Positions 37,777 to 47,781 of a DNA stretch of 64,000 bases are shown here, piece after piece. The notes under the pieces were generated by a model. That model was not told the origin of the DNA and did not search any database. It was given only the letters and a program-made list of their open reading frames with translations. Source of the stretch: a virus (lineage: Duplodnaviria; Caudoviricetes); IMG/VR virus record IMGVR_UViG_3300025418_000839, positions 32,001-96,000 of that record. One strand, written 5' to 3'. The position numbers and the translations under genes were made by a program. Within the stretch, counting starts at the first letter, position 1, and every line of letters starts with the position of its first letter.

Positions 37777-38877
37777 TTATAAATTCGGTAGTGCTTCGTA
37801 GTCAATGGCGTCGCTCATTACACCAATGACATAGCTGGTTGATTCTGATTCTTGTAGAGCTGTTTGCTTTTTACTTGTATCTGTGTGCTTGTTAAACCAA
37901 GGAATAGGTGTTGTCTTGGGTGCCGATGCTTGATACTTGATGCCAATATCTTTTAATGCACCGACTGCGGTATAGTCAACAAAGTCTTTGAGAATTTGTG
38001 CGTTCAACCCAATCACAGGACCTTTCTTAAACAAGTAGTCAGCCCATTCTTTTTCTTCGCGGATAACATCTGCATACAGTTGATATACTTCGGCTTCGCA
38101 TTCAGCTTTGACGTCAGCAAAACGTGAATCTTCTTTAATAACCTGATTGATTAAGAAAGCTGTCCAACCTTTGTGTAGTAACTCGTCTTGTAGGATCAAG
38201 CTAATAATATTGCCGTTGCCCATAAAGATACGATTCTCTACCATTGCAAGACTTGTGGCAAATGATACCATAAAGCGGAATGCTTCTAACGCATAACTGG
38301 CATGTAAGGCCATCCAAATAGCGCGAACGTGTGTGCGTTCATTGATCTTTTCGCCAGCTTCTTTGCGGCAATTGATTTCATGTAGAGCATCATAGTAGTT
38401 GCCCACAGTTGATGCCATAGCAACAATTTCTTCAGTGTCATGGATTGTATTAAACACATCCTTTGGTACATTATAGATATTACGAATAATGTGACTGTAA
38501 CTCTTAGAGTGTATATTAGTTTCAAAGAATGTCCAGTTATAGACCAATGCTTCTAATTCTGGTAGACTAATCACTGGTGTAAAGATTTGACTAGGGCCGC
38601 GGCCCTGTAGACTATCTAATGCTGTTTGACGTAGTAGGTTACTGGTAAAGATATGTTTAACTGCGTCTGACGCATCTTTAAAGTCATTTGAATCTTTAGT
38701 TAAACTAATTTCTTCAGGTTGCCAAAAGAAGCCACGTGCTGTAGCTTCAAAGTCTGCAATTTTAGGATAACGTACTTCTTCAAAACGTTGAATAGTTACT
38801 GGCCCTTCTGGATCTAAAAACATCTTACGTTTAAGATAGTTTGTAGGTTTATTTAGATCATATTGTTGCTTTGACAT
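37777..38877 (-). CDS. nrdB: Ribonucleotide reductase class Ia beta subunit
   Basis: FFWQPEE, ETNIHSKSY, LEAFRF, DELLH. Confidence 0.95.
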   Translation of the reverse strand: MSKQQYDLNKPTNYLKRKMFLDPEGPVTIQRFEEVRYPKIADFEATARGFFWQPEEISLTKDSNDFKDASDAVKHIFTSNLLRQTALDSLQGRGPSQIFTPVISLPELEALVYNWTFFETNIHSKSYSHIIRNIYNVPKDVFNTIHDTEEIVAMASTVGNYYDALHEINCRKEAGEKINERTHVRAIWMALHASYALEAFRFMVSFATSLAMVENRIFMGNGNIISLILQDELLHKGWTAFLINQVIKEDSRFADVKAECEAEVYQLYADVIREEKEWADYLFKKGPVIGLNAQILKDFVDYTAVGALKDIGIKYQASAPKTTPIPWFNKHTDTSKKQTALQESESTSYVIGVMSDAIDYEALPNL

Positions 38878-39439
38878 TCTTTTTCCCTCGTGTTTCTTTC
38901 ATTTTTTTCTTTGTTTCTTCTGAATGCTTTTTACCTAACTGGGCTAATCGCATTTTTTGTTTTGTCTCTTCAGATCGTTTTGCACCTACAGGATTAGAAT
39001 TTGTATTATGTGCCAATCTTAGTTTCATTTTAGTCTCTTCAGACTTCGGACGACCTTTTAATTTCTCACTAATTTGCTTCTTACGTTCTTCGGTGTGAGG
39101 AGGGCGTTTAATTCCAGTTAATGCTTTACTTATTTTTGATCTATGTTCTTCTGTAAATACCTGGCCTGCACCACCCTGACCTCCATCTGTTCTATTATGA
39201 AGTATTCCTGTACCTAAATCTTTCCGACCATGTTTTGCAATTAGTTTAATTTCGATCTTAAACGCATCATCCTCTGTTAAATTTGTTTCAATTAACACAA
39301 TCTTAGATGACTCTGTTGGTGTATGCACACCCTTATTATTATTTCTATGTTGTTCCCACGCACGATCATCTTTTCCCTTACCTACATAGTAAGGAGTTCC
39401 ATCATCTCTAAGATATAGATAAACATAAAATTTATTCAT
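38858..39439 (-). mobile_element. Free-standing GIY-YIG homing endonuclease (NUMOD3) between nrdA and nrdB
   Basis: YVYLY..PYYVGKG; repeated HSEETK.KM motifs. Confidence 0.85.
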
Positions 39440-41758
39440 TTAAAGTTTACACCCTTCGCAGTCTTCTTGATCATCCCAGTTAATCTCTTCTAACATAGCG
39501 GGTGCCTCTTCGGCATCCGCTTTAGCACCCTGTTTATTCACGAGGCTATAATAGAAGGTTTTCAGACCCCAAACGTGTGCTTGCATTAAATTACGGGCAA
39601 TTAATGTAGTTGGTACTTTACGATCAGCCCAGTGTGCTGGATTGTAAAAGGTATTTGTACTTATGCTTTGATCAACATAAGCCGCAAGTACTGCTGCTGT
39701 TTTTAAGTAAGCCGCACAATCAGTCTGTTCCCACATCAATTGATATTTATTTTTAAGTTTAGCATACTCAGGTACTACTTGTGTAAGTGATCCTGCTTTT
39801 GATTCTTTAGTACTGATCAAACTCATTGGCATTTCAATACCATTAGTTGAATTAATTACAACACTACTGGATTCAACTGGGGCAATGGCCATTTGGGTGG
39901 CATTACGCACACCATATTGTTTCATGTTGGATCTTAGTGTTTCCCAATCTAATTCGGGAGTAAAGTCTGCTAGCTCGTTAACACCCTGGGCACGTAGTTC
40001 CCAAGGGAAGGTACCCTGGCCATAACGTGTCTTGTCACTGTCTACACAAGCACCACGCTCTTTAGCTAGTTCTACACTGGCTTCTGTTAGATAAAATGCT
40101 TGATGTTCCATCCACGATTTAACATCTTGTAGTGCGTCTTTTTCGCCGTATCGGTAGTCACGCTTGGCGTGCCAGTAAGCTAGGTTAGTTACACCAATGC
40201 CTAGAGGACGTATTTCATCGTTGCTTAGTTTACTTTGAATACTCAAAAAATCTTGATAATCCAAGATATTGTTTAGACTGCGGTGTAGTATACGGCAAGC
40301 ACGGCGCATGTCTTCTGGATTACGGAAAGCACCCCAGTTAATTGATCCTAATGTGCATAGGGCAATACGTCCATTGTCGTCATCTAATCGACGGAAAGGA
40401 CGTGTGGGTAGTAGAATTTCACAGCAAAGGTTACTTTGATAAATGGTATGATATTCAGGATCAAATGGTCCTTGATTCATTACGTTGTCGGCAAACACTA
40501 GATAGATACGTCCTGTATCAGTACGTTCTTTTAGAATGCCACTCTTGAATACTTCTTCAGCTGACATTGTTTTCTTACGCAAGTCTTTGCGCTTTTCGTA
40601 TTTTACATATAGGTCTTCAAATAACACAGTATCTTTGTAAAACGCTTCATATAGATCAGGTACTTCATTAGGATCAAAGAATGTTATCTGTTCTTTGTTT
40701 TTAAAGCGGCGCCAAAAGAAAGCTGATAGTACAACTCCGTAGTCCATGTGACGAACACGAGTTTCTTCTGTACCTTGGTTATTTTTAAGAACAATAAGAT
40801 CATCAAACTGATGATGCCAAATTGGATAAAATACGGTAGCTGATGCATTACGGATTCCGCCCTGTGAGCATGAACGTAAGTCACCAAACCATTTTTTCAA
40901 GAATGGAATCATTCCTGTGTGTTGAATTTCGCCGCCACGAATAGGTGAACCTAAACTACGTAAGCGACCAATTTCTAAACCAATGCCAGCACGTTTGCTA
41001 GCATACTTGGCCATCATCTCTCCACTAGCAAAGATACTATCAAGATCGTCATCACTACGGATGAGTACACAGGACGAAAATTGTTTTGTAGGAGTACCCA
41101 GACCAGCGAGTACTGGAGTAGCAAGAGTGAAAAGACCGTCACTCGCCGCGGTGTAGTATTCTTTAATGTAACGCATTCTAGCTGAGTTAGGCTCTTCTTT
41201 GTGAAAGACTGTAGCGGCTGCAACCATGTAGCGAATTTGTGGAGTTTCATAAATTTCCTTTGTAGCACGATTACGTACTAGATATTTTTCGATTAATTGT
41301 TCAATAGCGGCATAAGAATAACTTTCGTCCTTCTCATGATCTAGCATATCATTCATTCGGTTCCAGTCGTCCTCTGAATACCACTCGAGAAGTTCTGGGG
41401 TATATAGTCCTGTGTCTACATTTTTCTTTACAATTTCGTAAAGGTGTGGAACATCATATGATCCATAGACGTCTTTACGTAGCATACTTAGACGTTGCTT
41501 TCCTGCCACGTATTGATAGTTGGTGTGTCCTACATCTGGATTATTCTCTACGTCGATTAAATCTACAATCGCTCGTAGGGTAATTTCATCGATTTCTCTT
41601 GTGGTAATACCATCATAAAAGTGCGGTTGACTTTTAATTTCGATCATCGATTGACTTACATCTGCGATACCACTACATACTTTTGTTACCTGAGCTTGCC
41701 ATTTTTCTACTGCGAGCGGTTCTTGTCTTCCGCTTCTTTTTGTGACTTGAATTGTCAT
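39440..41758 (-). CDS. nrdA: Ribonucleotide reductase class Ia alpha subunit
   Basis: ATP cone VTKRSG, SSCVL, SNLCCEI, LCTL, GLKTFYY, C-terminal CEGC. Confidence 0.96.
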   Translation of the reverse strand: MTIQVTKRSGRQEPLAVEKWQAQVTKVCSGIADVSQSMIEIKSQPHFYDGITTREIDEITLRAIVDLIDVENNPDVGHTNYQYVAGKQRLSMLRKDVYGSYDVPHLYEIVKKNVDTGLYTPELLEWYSEDDWNRMNDMLDHEKDESYSYAAIEQLIEKYLVRNRATKEIYETPQIRYMVAAATVFHKEEPNSARMRYIKEYYTAASDGLFTLATPVLAGLGTPTKQFSSCVLIRSDDDLDSIFASGEMMAKYASKRAGIGLEIGRLRSLGSPIRGGEIQHTGMIPFLKKWFGDLRSCSQGGIRNASATVFYPIWHHQFDDLIVLKNNQGTEETRVRHMDYGVVLSAFFWRRFKNKEQITFFDPNEVPDLYEAFYKDTVLFEDLYVKYEKRKDLRKKTMSAEEVFKSGILKERTDTGRIYLVFADNVMNQGPFDPEYHTIYQSNLCCEILLPTRPFRRLDDDNGRIALCTLGSINWGAFRNPEDMRRACRILHRSLNNILDYQDFLSIQSKLSNDEIRPLGIGVTNLAYWHAKRDYRYGEKDALQDVKSWMEHQAFYLTEASVELAKERGACVDSDKTRYGQGTFPWELRAQGVNELADFTPELDWETLRSNMKQYGVRNATQMAIAPVESSSVVINSTNGIEMPMSLISTKESKAGSLTQVVPEYAKLKNKYQLMWEQTDCAAYLKTAAVLAAYVDQSISTNTFYNPAHWADRKVPTTLIARNLMQAHVWGLKTFYYSLVNKQGAKADAEEAPAMLEEINWDDQEDCEGCKL

Positions 41759-41770
41759 TATCGATATCTC

Positions 41771-42226
41771 TTAATTGTTATAGTAATCTAATTTTAAATC
41801 TACTGCTGTGTACGTTTTTTTTAACTTCAATGTTTTTTCAACTTGTACTTTATTTACAATCTCCCCGTCAATCATATTAACAATATATTTTCCCTGATTG
41901 ATCCAAGCTAAATTATATTCGTGTCCAGAATTAGGATCTTGGTATATCCTAATCTCCATATCTAAGTCTTTTCTATGCGTACATAATGATAAAGTATAAA
42001 CTATACCTAGGCATTTTGCAACATCGCAATAGACGTTCTCTTCCACTAAGGTCCATGGATCCGGCCAAGACTCAACATCGCTAGTGTCCAGATTGTAAGG
42101 GACAAAAGGAGCACTTGCCCAAAACTGTGCAGTTTGGACTAGGGCATCTTCTAACGGTAATTGATCTAACACAGATCGAAATTCACGCCAAGATCTTAAC
42201 CGATCTTCGGACTTTAGTTGAAACAT
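41771..42226 (-). CDS. Conserved hypothetical protein
   Basis: 151 aa; WPDPWTL..YC. Confidence 0.65.
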   Translation of the reverse strand: MFQLKSEDRLRSWREFRSVLDQLPLEDALVQTAQFWASAPFVPYNLDTSDVESWPDPWTLVEENVYCDVAKCLGIVYTLSLCTHRKDLDMEIRIYQDPNSGHEYNLAWINQGKYIVNMIDGEIVNKVQVEKTLKLKKTYTAVDLKLDYYNN

Positions 42227-42235
42227 TTAAACGAT

Positions 42236-42811
42236 TTATAAACTTGTAATTCTATAGGATAAACTGCCGGTTGCTGTAAGAGTGTTAGCCCATACAGTAG
42301 TGTAACCAGTATTTGCTGTAATATTCATTATCACATCAACTGCACCGCTTTGACTGTACTCTTCGTCGTAACCCACTGTAGACGAACCTGTAGCGCGATC
42401 AATTTTAATAATACCAGTGCGCTGATTAGATCCTTGATTTATGGTATAATTTACCACAGCATTGTTAGAACTGAAACTTGTAACATAATTTGTTAACGAA
42501 TTCAAAGTAGTTGAGGTATCAACACCAATACTATTTTGCAGTGATGTAATTTCATTTTGTAGGGTAATTACATTGCCCTGTAGTATTAGTACGTTAGCAG
42601 CAAAACCAGTGGTAAAATTAAGTATGCTATACTGGGTTAAGATTTCAGTATGGCCAAGACTTGGAGCATAATCAGGTGCACCGAGTGTACCGTTACCGAT
42701 GTATAATTGTTGAGTATCAGTACTCCAACCTAATTCGCCCGCAGCAAGTTGTGGTAAATCTTGATTTAATCCACGACGTACTTGTACTTGACTGATCTGT
42801 GTAATTGCCAT
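42236..42811 (-). CDS. Tail/baseplate protein with Mtd-N-like domain
   Basis: QVRRG..LPQLAAGELGWSTDTQQLYIGNG. Confidence 0.65.
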   Translation of the reverse strand: MAITQISQVQVRRGLNQDLPQLAAGELGWSTDTQQLYIGNGTLGAPDYAPSLGHTEILTQYSILNFTTGFAANVLILQGNVITLQNEITSLQNSIGVDTSTTLNSLTNYVTSFSSNNAVVNYTINQGSNQRTGIIKIDRATGSSTVGYDEEYSQSGAVDVIMNITANTGYTTVWANTLTATGSLSYRITSL

Positions 42812-42841
42812 TATAACTAAACCTTACGTATTATAATGTAT

Positions 42842-43552
42842 TTATGCAGTCAGATAATACAGCTCAACCCTCTTGGTCCATTCGTCAGTCCAGTAGGCAA
42901 ACTCGTCACCTTCGATAACAAATTCAAGGTATTCCGGCGTCGAATATGTTTGATCTTCTAGTAATTTAGGCTGGCAAGCCATCATAATTACACCACAGTT
43001 AATATCTGTACCATGTGTCGCATTGTGTGCTTGTGCGTATGCAGCCAATTGAATAAAATAATCTTCAATCCACTCACGCTTCTTGGGTTTGTTAGTTTGT
43101 TTAAAGTCGATAATAGCAGGACGACCTTTCCATACTCCCACACAGTCTGTAGTACCAGCATATAACCCACTATAATAAACAGGTACTTCAGTTCCCCAAA
43201 ATTCATCTACGTTCGATAGTCCGTTAAGTATGACTTCTGCGGCCATAAACCAACTTGGGTGAGCAAATGGATTTGAAGGCAGTTCTTTCATATCATCACT
43301 TAGAATAAATGTTTCTAAGTAGCTGTGCATCCGGGTCCCACGATTAGCAGCTTCAGTGACAATTTGTTGTGCCTGTGCTTCGCCTACACGTTTTTTCCAG
43401 TTGTTGAGTGCATCAATCTTCTCTTGCGGTTTAGTGCGATCTAAAATTGTTGTTACACTAGGTACTTTGCTACCATCAGGTGTAGAGTAGTGTCTTTTGC
43501 CGTCTACGGTCGTGCGGCTAATTGGTGTATAATCGTATTTTGAAATTATCAT
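42842..43552 (-). CDS. PD-(D/E)xK exonuclease (RecB/Cas4-like)
   Basis: PSVTTIL, RGTRMH, AGTTDC, IIDFKQ, QLAAYA. Confidence 0.85.
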   Translation of the reverse strand: MIISKYDYTPISRTTVDGKRHYSTPDGSKVPSVTTILDRTKPQEKIDALNNWKKRVGEAQAQQIVTEAANRGTRMHSYLETFILSDDMKELPSNPFAHPSWFMAAEVILNGLSNVDEFWGTEVPVYYSGLYAGTTDCVGVWKGRPAIIDFKQTNKPKKREWIEDYFIQLAAYAQAHNATHGTDINCGVIMMACQPKLLEDQTYSTPEYLEFVIEGDEFAYWTDEWTKRVELYYLTA

Positions 43553-43555
43553 ATT

Positions 43556-43882
43556 TTATATTCGAAAACTTTCCCCGCAACCACAGCGGTCTTTTTCGTG
43601 GGGGTTACGGAATTCAAATCCTTCATTTAGGCCCTGTCTAACATAGTCTATTTCTAGGCCATCTAATACTACCAAATCTTTGTTGCTCACACGAACAATA
43701 ATGTTTTGGTTAACAAAATCAGTTACACCATCAGTGTATGCATTAGTATCTAAGTATTCTAACACATAAGCAAGCCCAGAGCAACCAGTAGTTTTTATAC
43801 CAACAGTAATACCCACGCCCTTGCCGCGACGTTCTAAATTTTGTTTAATTTTTTTTACTGCTAGGTCAGTGACTGTTATCAT
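43556..43882 (-). CDS. iscA: Fe-S assembly A-type carrier IscA
   Basis: [26 protein letters not shown]. Confidence 0.9.
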   Translation of the reverse strand: MITVTDLAVKKIKQNLERRGKGVGITVGIKTTGCSGLAYVLEYLDTNAYTDGVTDFVNQNIIVRVSNKDLVVLDGLEIDYVRQGLNEGFEFRNPHEKDRCGCGESFRI

Positions 43883-44190
43883 ACACTAAAACTACTGCCG
43901 CATCCACAGGTAGTTTGAGCATTTGGATTTTTGATACTAAAGGCACTACCGTATTGATCTTCTTTGTAGTCAATGGTTGCGCCTGTTAGATATTGCATAC
44001 TCATCGAATCGACTAGTACACCTTCAACATCAAAATCATCTTCGTTTTGATCTTCATCTAAGGTAAAGCCATATTGGAATCCTGAGCAACCGCCACCTTG
44101 TACAAAGGCACGAATTTTTAGCTTTGGATTATTTTCTTCTGCAAGAATATCTGCTATTTTACTTTTTGCTTGTTCAGTTATTGTTATCAT
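43879..44190 (-). CDS. erpA: Fe-S insertion protein ErpA
   Basis: [36 protein letters not shown]. Confidence 0.9.
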   Translation of the reverse strand: MITITEQAKSKIADILAEENNPKLKIRAFVQGGGCSGFQYGFTLDEDQNEDDFDVEGVLVDSMSMQYLTGATIDYKEDQYGSAFSIKNPNAQTTCGCGSSFSV

Positions 44191-44560
44191 GTTTTTTCCT
44201 ATAATCTGCTATTGCGGCTTTGATTGCATCTTCTGCAAGGATTGAACAATGGATCTTAACTGGCGGTAGTGCAAGTTCTTCTGCAATCTCACTGTTCTTA
44301 ATAGATTCTGCTTGAAGTAGCGTCTTCCCTTTAACCCACTCTGTAACGAGTGAGCTCGACGCGATAGCCGAACCACAACCATACGTCTTGAATTTTGCGT
44401 CTGTGATGATTCCATCTTCTACCTTTATCTGTAGTTTCATGACGTCACCGCAGGCTGGAGCACCAACCATGCCGGTGCCCACTGATTCGTCAGTGGTGTC
44501 CATCTTTCCCACATTACGTGGATTTTCGTAATGATCAATAACTTTATCTGAATATGCCAT
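44174..44560 (-). CDS. iscU: Fe-S scaffold IscU
   Basis: [40 protein letters not shown]. Confidence 0.95.
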   Translation of the reverse strand: MAYSDKVIDHYENPRNVGKMDTTDESVGTGMVGAPACGDVMKLQIKVEDGIITDAKFKTYGCGSAIASSSLVTEWVKGKTLLQAESIKNSEIAEELALPPVKIHCSILAEDAIKAAIADYRKKHDNNN

Positions 44561-44561
44561 T

Positions 44562-44714
44562 TTATTTCTTTATTGGTTGCGTAGGAGACTTAGGTGCTTG
44601 TGGTGCAGGTACTGTTACAGGTGGTTTTTTTAAACTGTCAAACAACTGTTGTAGACCAGCAGCCATACCCGTACTAGCTATCAACATCATAAGTATAAAA
44701 GAAATTGGTCTCAT
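44562..44714 (-). CDS. 50-aa secreted Pro-rich peptide (not in the ORF track)
   Basis: MRPISFILMMLIASTGMAAGLQQLFDSLKKPPVTVPAPQAPK...; TAATG coupling. Confidence 0.55.
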   Translation of the reverse strand: MRPISFILMMLIASTGMAAGLQQLFDSLKKPPVTVPAPQAPKSPTQPIKK

Positions 44715-45034
44715 TAGTTAGGTACCAATACTGTTTTATAGCAGTTACAGTTACCATCCAACATAGCTTCCCAATGAAATCCTGCGGGTGCTGGATATGT
44801 AGGTTGTGCTGGGGGATAAGTCTGTTGTATGTAAACTGGTTGCTGTTGAATAATCACAGGAGGGCGAGTAGCTTCGTAAACAATAACACCACCCACCACA
44901 GCAGGTGCTACCCATCCATAACCCGGGTGCCAGTAGTAACGGCCTCCACCATGGCGCCAATATTCAGCGTGTGCAATAGCCGAAAAGGCCAACAATGCAA
45001 CAAATAGAATTTTTTTCATAGTAAACTCCTTCAC
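44714..45034 (-). CDS. Secreted Pro/Gln-rich small protein
   Basis: Signal peptide MKKILFVALLAFSAIAHA; GW/glycine zipper; PPVIIQQQPVY. Confidence 0.7.
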   Translation of the reverse strand: MKEFTMKKILFVALLAFSAIAHAEYWRHGGGRYYWHPGYGWVAPAVVGGVIVYEATRPPVIIQQQPVYIQQTYPPAQPTYPAPAGFHWEAMLDGNCNCYKTVLVPN

Positions 45035-45075
45035 GCTATTATAACGTATTTATTGAGTTTGGTCAAGGATTTTGG

Positions 45076-45498
45076 TTACTTACCGACGGCTCGTTTGGCC
45101 ATTGAACTAACTACACGTGCATTATCAGCCGATACACCGGCATCAACGTTCAATGGTTCATCACTATCGATAGTATTTTCTGGCAAAGCCAAATAGATAT
45201 ATTTGGTACCAGTGTGTGGATCATCTTTGATACTTTTGATTAGGGATTTTACAGTATCGTTTGATTTTTGAGCAGCATCTAGTGCAGCAAAGTTAAATGC
45301 TTCATTACCAGGAATATTGCGAACACGTTCAATAACTGTGTCAACAGCCACCCGTGGAGTGACTGCATTAGATTCTTGTGCTTCATTGCGAAGCCACTCA
45401 AGAGCAGTAATTAAAGCAGAGTCACCACGTGTCTCTGCTTCATCTTCGATAGCACTTGGAGAACCTATATCCTCGCGGATAATATCACGAATACGCAT
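45076..45498 (-). CDS. Putative internal head protein (MRIRDIIRE)
   Basis: 140 aa; shared N-terminal motif. Confidence 0.6.
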   Translation of the reverse strand: MRIRDIIREDIGSPSAIEDEAETRGDSALITALEWLRNEAQESNAVTPRVAVDTVIERVRNIPGNEAFNFAALDAAQKSNDTVKSLIKSIKDDPHTGTKYIYLALPENTIDSDEPLNVDAGVSADNARVVSSMAKRAVGK

Positions 45499-46193
45499 TA
45501 ACGACGCTCGCGGCCTAATTCTTCTTCGCCACCAGCAGCAGCATCAGTAGCATTAAATTCGTCGCTATCAAAATCGCTGTCGCCTTCTGGAGGAGCACCT
45601 AGTTCATCACCAGCTGGCTCAGCGGCCATTGCTGGCTCCATACCGCCCATAGCCATGTCGTTAGTTGGCATTTGCTCACCAGCTAATACACGACTGGCTG
45701 TGTCTGCTTGATCACGGCCTGTGCTCAATGCTTGCCATAAAGTTTGTAGAACTGGACCAGTTGCAGTTTTAAATGCTTCAGCTTGTTCTACTGAAATTTG
45801 ATCACGAATTGTATCAACTAATGCGGGCAACTGTTCGTTCTGCATCTTAGATACTTTTTCTAACATGTCTTGGATTGAGTCAACAATATCTTTGGCAGCT
45901 AATACTGCTTCACTCTTGCCCATCTCAGATTCAAACAAGCCTTGTTCACTAGACATCCAACGATCCAAACCTTCTTTAACTAACATAAGTTCCATATACT
46001 TTGGATTCTTTTCGGCTGTGTGTGCGCCAAAAGATTTTTTAATTTGTTGGATATTTTCGCTAAGGGCCTTGCTTAAACGTTCGGCTTTACCATAGGTTAA
46101 ATTATCATAGTCAATAGTAAAACCAAAGCGGCTTTCCATGACCTTGTTAATCTTCTGTGGTGTTACTTCTGTACGCATTTCTGAGAGTCTCAT
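45498..46193 (-). CDS. Putative head scaffold/internal protein
   Basis: 231 aa, helical with acidic tail ending GRERR; TAAATA promoter. Confidence 0.55.
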   Translation of the reverse strand: MRLSEMRTEVTPQKINKVMESRFGFTIDYDNLTYGKAERLSKALSENIQQIKKSFGAHTAEKNPKYMELMLVKEGLDRWMSSEQGLFESEMGKSEAVLAAKDIVDSIQDMLEKVSKMQNEQLPALVDTIRDQISVEQAEAFKTATGPVLQTLWQALSTGRDQADTASRVLAGEQMPTNDMAMGGMEPAMAAEPAGDELGAPPEGDSDFDSDEFNATDAAAGGEEELGRERR

Positions 46194-46230
46194 GGGTTTA
46201 ATCCTAAACTGTTATATGTTGTATTTATAC

Positions 46231-46764
46231 CTATTCCCATACTTTAGCAATTTTAGCCCTACGGTGTATAGTGCTTAATTGAGTCTGAGCTTGGGTTAAT
46301 TTATATTCTGCTGTAGCTAATCTTGCTTGTCGTATATCAGCATAAAAATAATCACCCCGTTTAACAGCTGATTCCATGCACTTACGCATGGTTAAAATAT
46401 CTGTATAATTTTTATTTATTTCCTGATCTAGGTGCAATATTTCGTTGGCTACCCAATATTGTTTTTTTATGGTATAAATTGTGTAGAGTACTGCTGAAAC
46501 TTTTTCGCGAAAAACATGTATCAGCTCGTTGTTACGATCCCGTACTTCTGTCATTTTATTGGGAAATACCCGCAGATTGTACAGGCCAATTTTATAGCCG
46601 TGTTTAGTAGGCAAACAAATTACTTCTTGCTGTGCTTGAAACTTATCTAGTTGTTTAGCAGTCCAGTGCTTGAGATGATCTGTAAGGTGGTTAGTTAAAA
46701 CTCGAAGTTCTGGGGGTGTACGATCAGCGGACTTTTTTTGTGTATGTGATTTGACCATTTTCAT
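46231..46764 (-). CDS. Hypothetical protein
   Basis: 177 aa. Confidence 0.6.
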   Translation of the reverse strand: MKMVKSHTQKKSADRTPPELRVLTNHLTDHLKHWTAKQLDKFQAQQEVICLPTKHGYKIGLYNLRVFPNKMTEVRDRNNELIHVFREKVSAVLYTIYTIKKQYWVANEILHLDQEINKNYTDILTMRKCMESAVKRGDYFYADIRQARLATAEYKLTQAQTQLSTIHRRAKIAKVWE

Positions 46765-46933
46765 TACGACGCATTAATACATCCTGCATCGTTAATTGAT
46801 TAGCAATTAATTGCTCGCGTTCATTTAACGCATTTTTGTTTATTTTAGATTCATGTTGGAATCTTCCCAACAGATTTGCTTGTTCGTTGTTCAATGCAAT
46901 TTGAACGTTGTTTAGTAATTCTACTATCTTCAT
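46724..46933 (-). CDS. Hypothetical protein (MKIVELL)
   Basis: 69 aa; TAATG coupling. Confidence 0.6.
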   Translation of the reverse strand: MKIVELLNNVQIALNNEQANLLGRFQHESKINKNALNEREQLIANQLTMQDVLMRRNENGQITYTKKVR

Positions 46934-47193
46934 TACTTGATACCGTGTATAATAAAACTAATTATACCAGTTAATAGTGCAACAAATATTGCTGTTCCAA
47001 TAGTAATAAGAGTTTTATTACCTTCTGCGCCTACTCGACCTAGGCTGTCTTTAATATCAACAATATGACCTTCTAATTTATCCATGCGGCCATCGAGATT
47101 ATTTAATTTGGTTTCCAAGTTAGAGTATCTTTCTGCACAAAGTTCTACGTGAGCTTCAAGACTCTTCTTTTCAATATCGGTAGTTGTGGACAT
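46933..47193 (-). CDS. Coiled-coil + C-terminal TM protein (XhlA/holin-like architecture)
   Basis: LEAHVELCAERY heptads then IGTAIFVALLTGII. Confidence 0.6.
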   Translation of the reverse strand: MSTTTDIEKKSLEAHVELCAERYSNLETKLNNLDGRMDKLEGHIVDIKDSLGRVGAEGNKTLITIGTAIFVALLTGIISFIIHGIK

Positions 47194-47283
47194 TTAAGTT
47201 CGCTTTCATATTAGCGATGCATTCATTGAGCCTAGATGTGCCTTGATAATGAGCCTTAATGTGTGCCGTAGCATCTAGTATAT

Positions 47284-47718
47284 TTATGCTGGATGTACTT
47301 GTTTAAAGTATATGTTTTTAATACTACCGTAAGGATAAAAAATTGGTAGCATGAAACGTGCAGTTTCGGTTAGATATGTAACGATAGGAACTTGTTCAAA
47401 ATCTTGCTGTAGTGCGCCCATGGGTTTACTAGGTAAATCGTAGACTTCAGTTTGTTCTACGGTCCAAGTCCATAACCAAACTTTTTGTTCGCCTTGATAG
47501 AAATCACCAAAGTCGGCCACACCAACGTCGGCTAGTGTTGCTTGAGTTGGAGGTTGTATGTTCTGTGGTTGGGTACGTAGACTGATGCATTGTAGTACTG
47601 TTTCCCAATTGCGTTGTTGGTTGCGCTCAAGGCTGTCATTGTCTCCGCGAGTAACTCCGGTAGCAGTAATATCTACCAATGTGATACCTTGAAATAACTG
47701 TACATTAGACATATACAT
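47284..47718 (-). CDS. Conserved hypothetical protein
   Basis: TLVDITATG..RNQQRNWETVLQ.ISLR.QP. Confidence 0.65.
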   Translation of the reverse strand: MYMSNVQLFQGITLVDITATGVTRGDNDSLERNQQRNWETVLQCISLRTQPQNIQPPTQATLADVGVADFGDFYQGEQKVWLWTWTVEQTEVYDLPSKPMGALQQDFEQVPIVTYLTETARFMLPIFYPYGSIKNIYFKQVHPA

Positions 47719-47730
47719 ATTTATCGGTCA

Positions 47731-47762
47731 TAAAAAAAGCACAACGAATTGTGCTTTCTTTA
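47731..47762 (-). terminator. Rho-independent terminator
   Basis: aaaaaaagcacaa-cgaa-ttgtgcttt. Confidence 0.75.
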
Positions 47763-47781
47763 TTTTTACTTAAACTAACTA

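Noticed and set aside
42236-43552. Diversity-generating retroelement (Mtd-like N-terminus) or CRISPR Cas4
   Set aside because: No reverse transcriptase or TR/VR pair; the nuclease lacks Cas context and the four-Cys Fe-S motif
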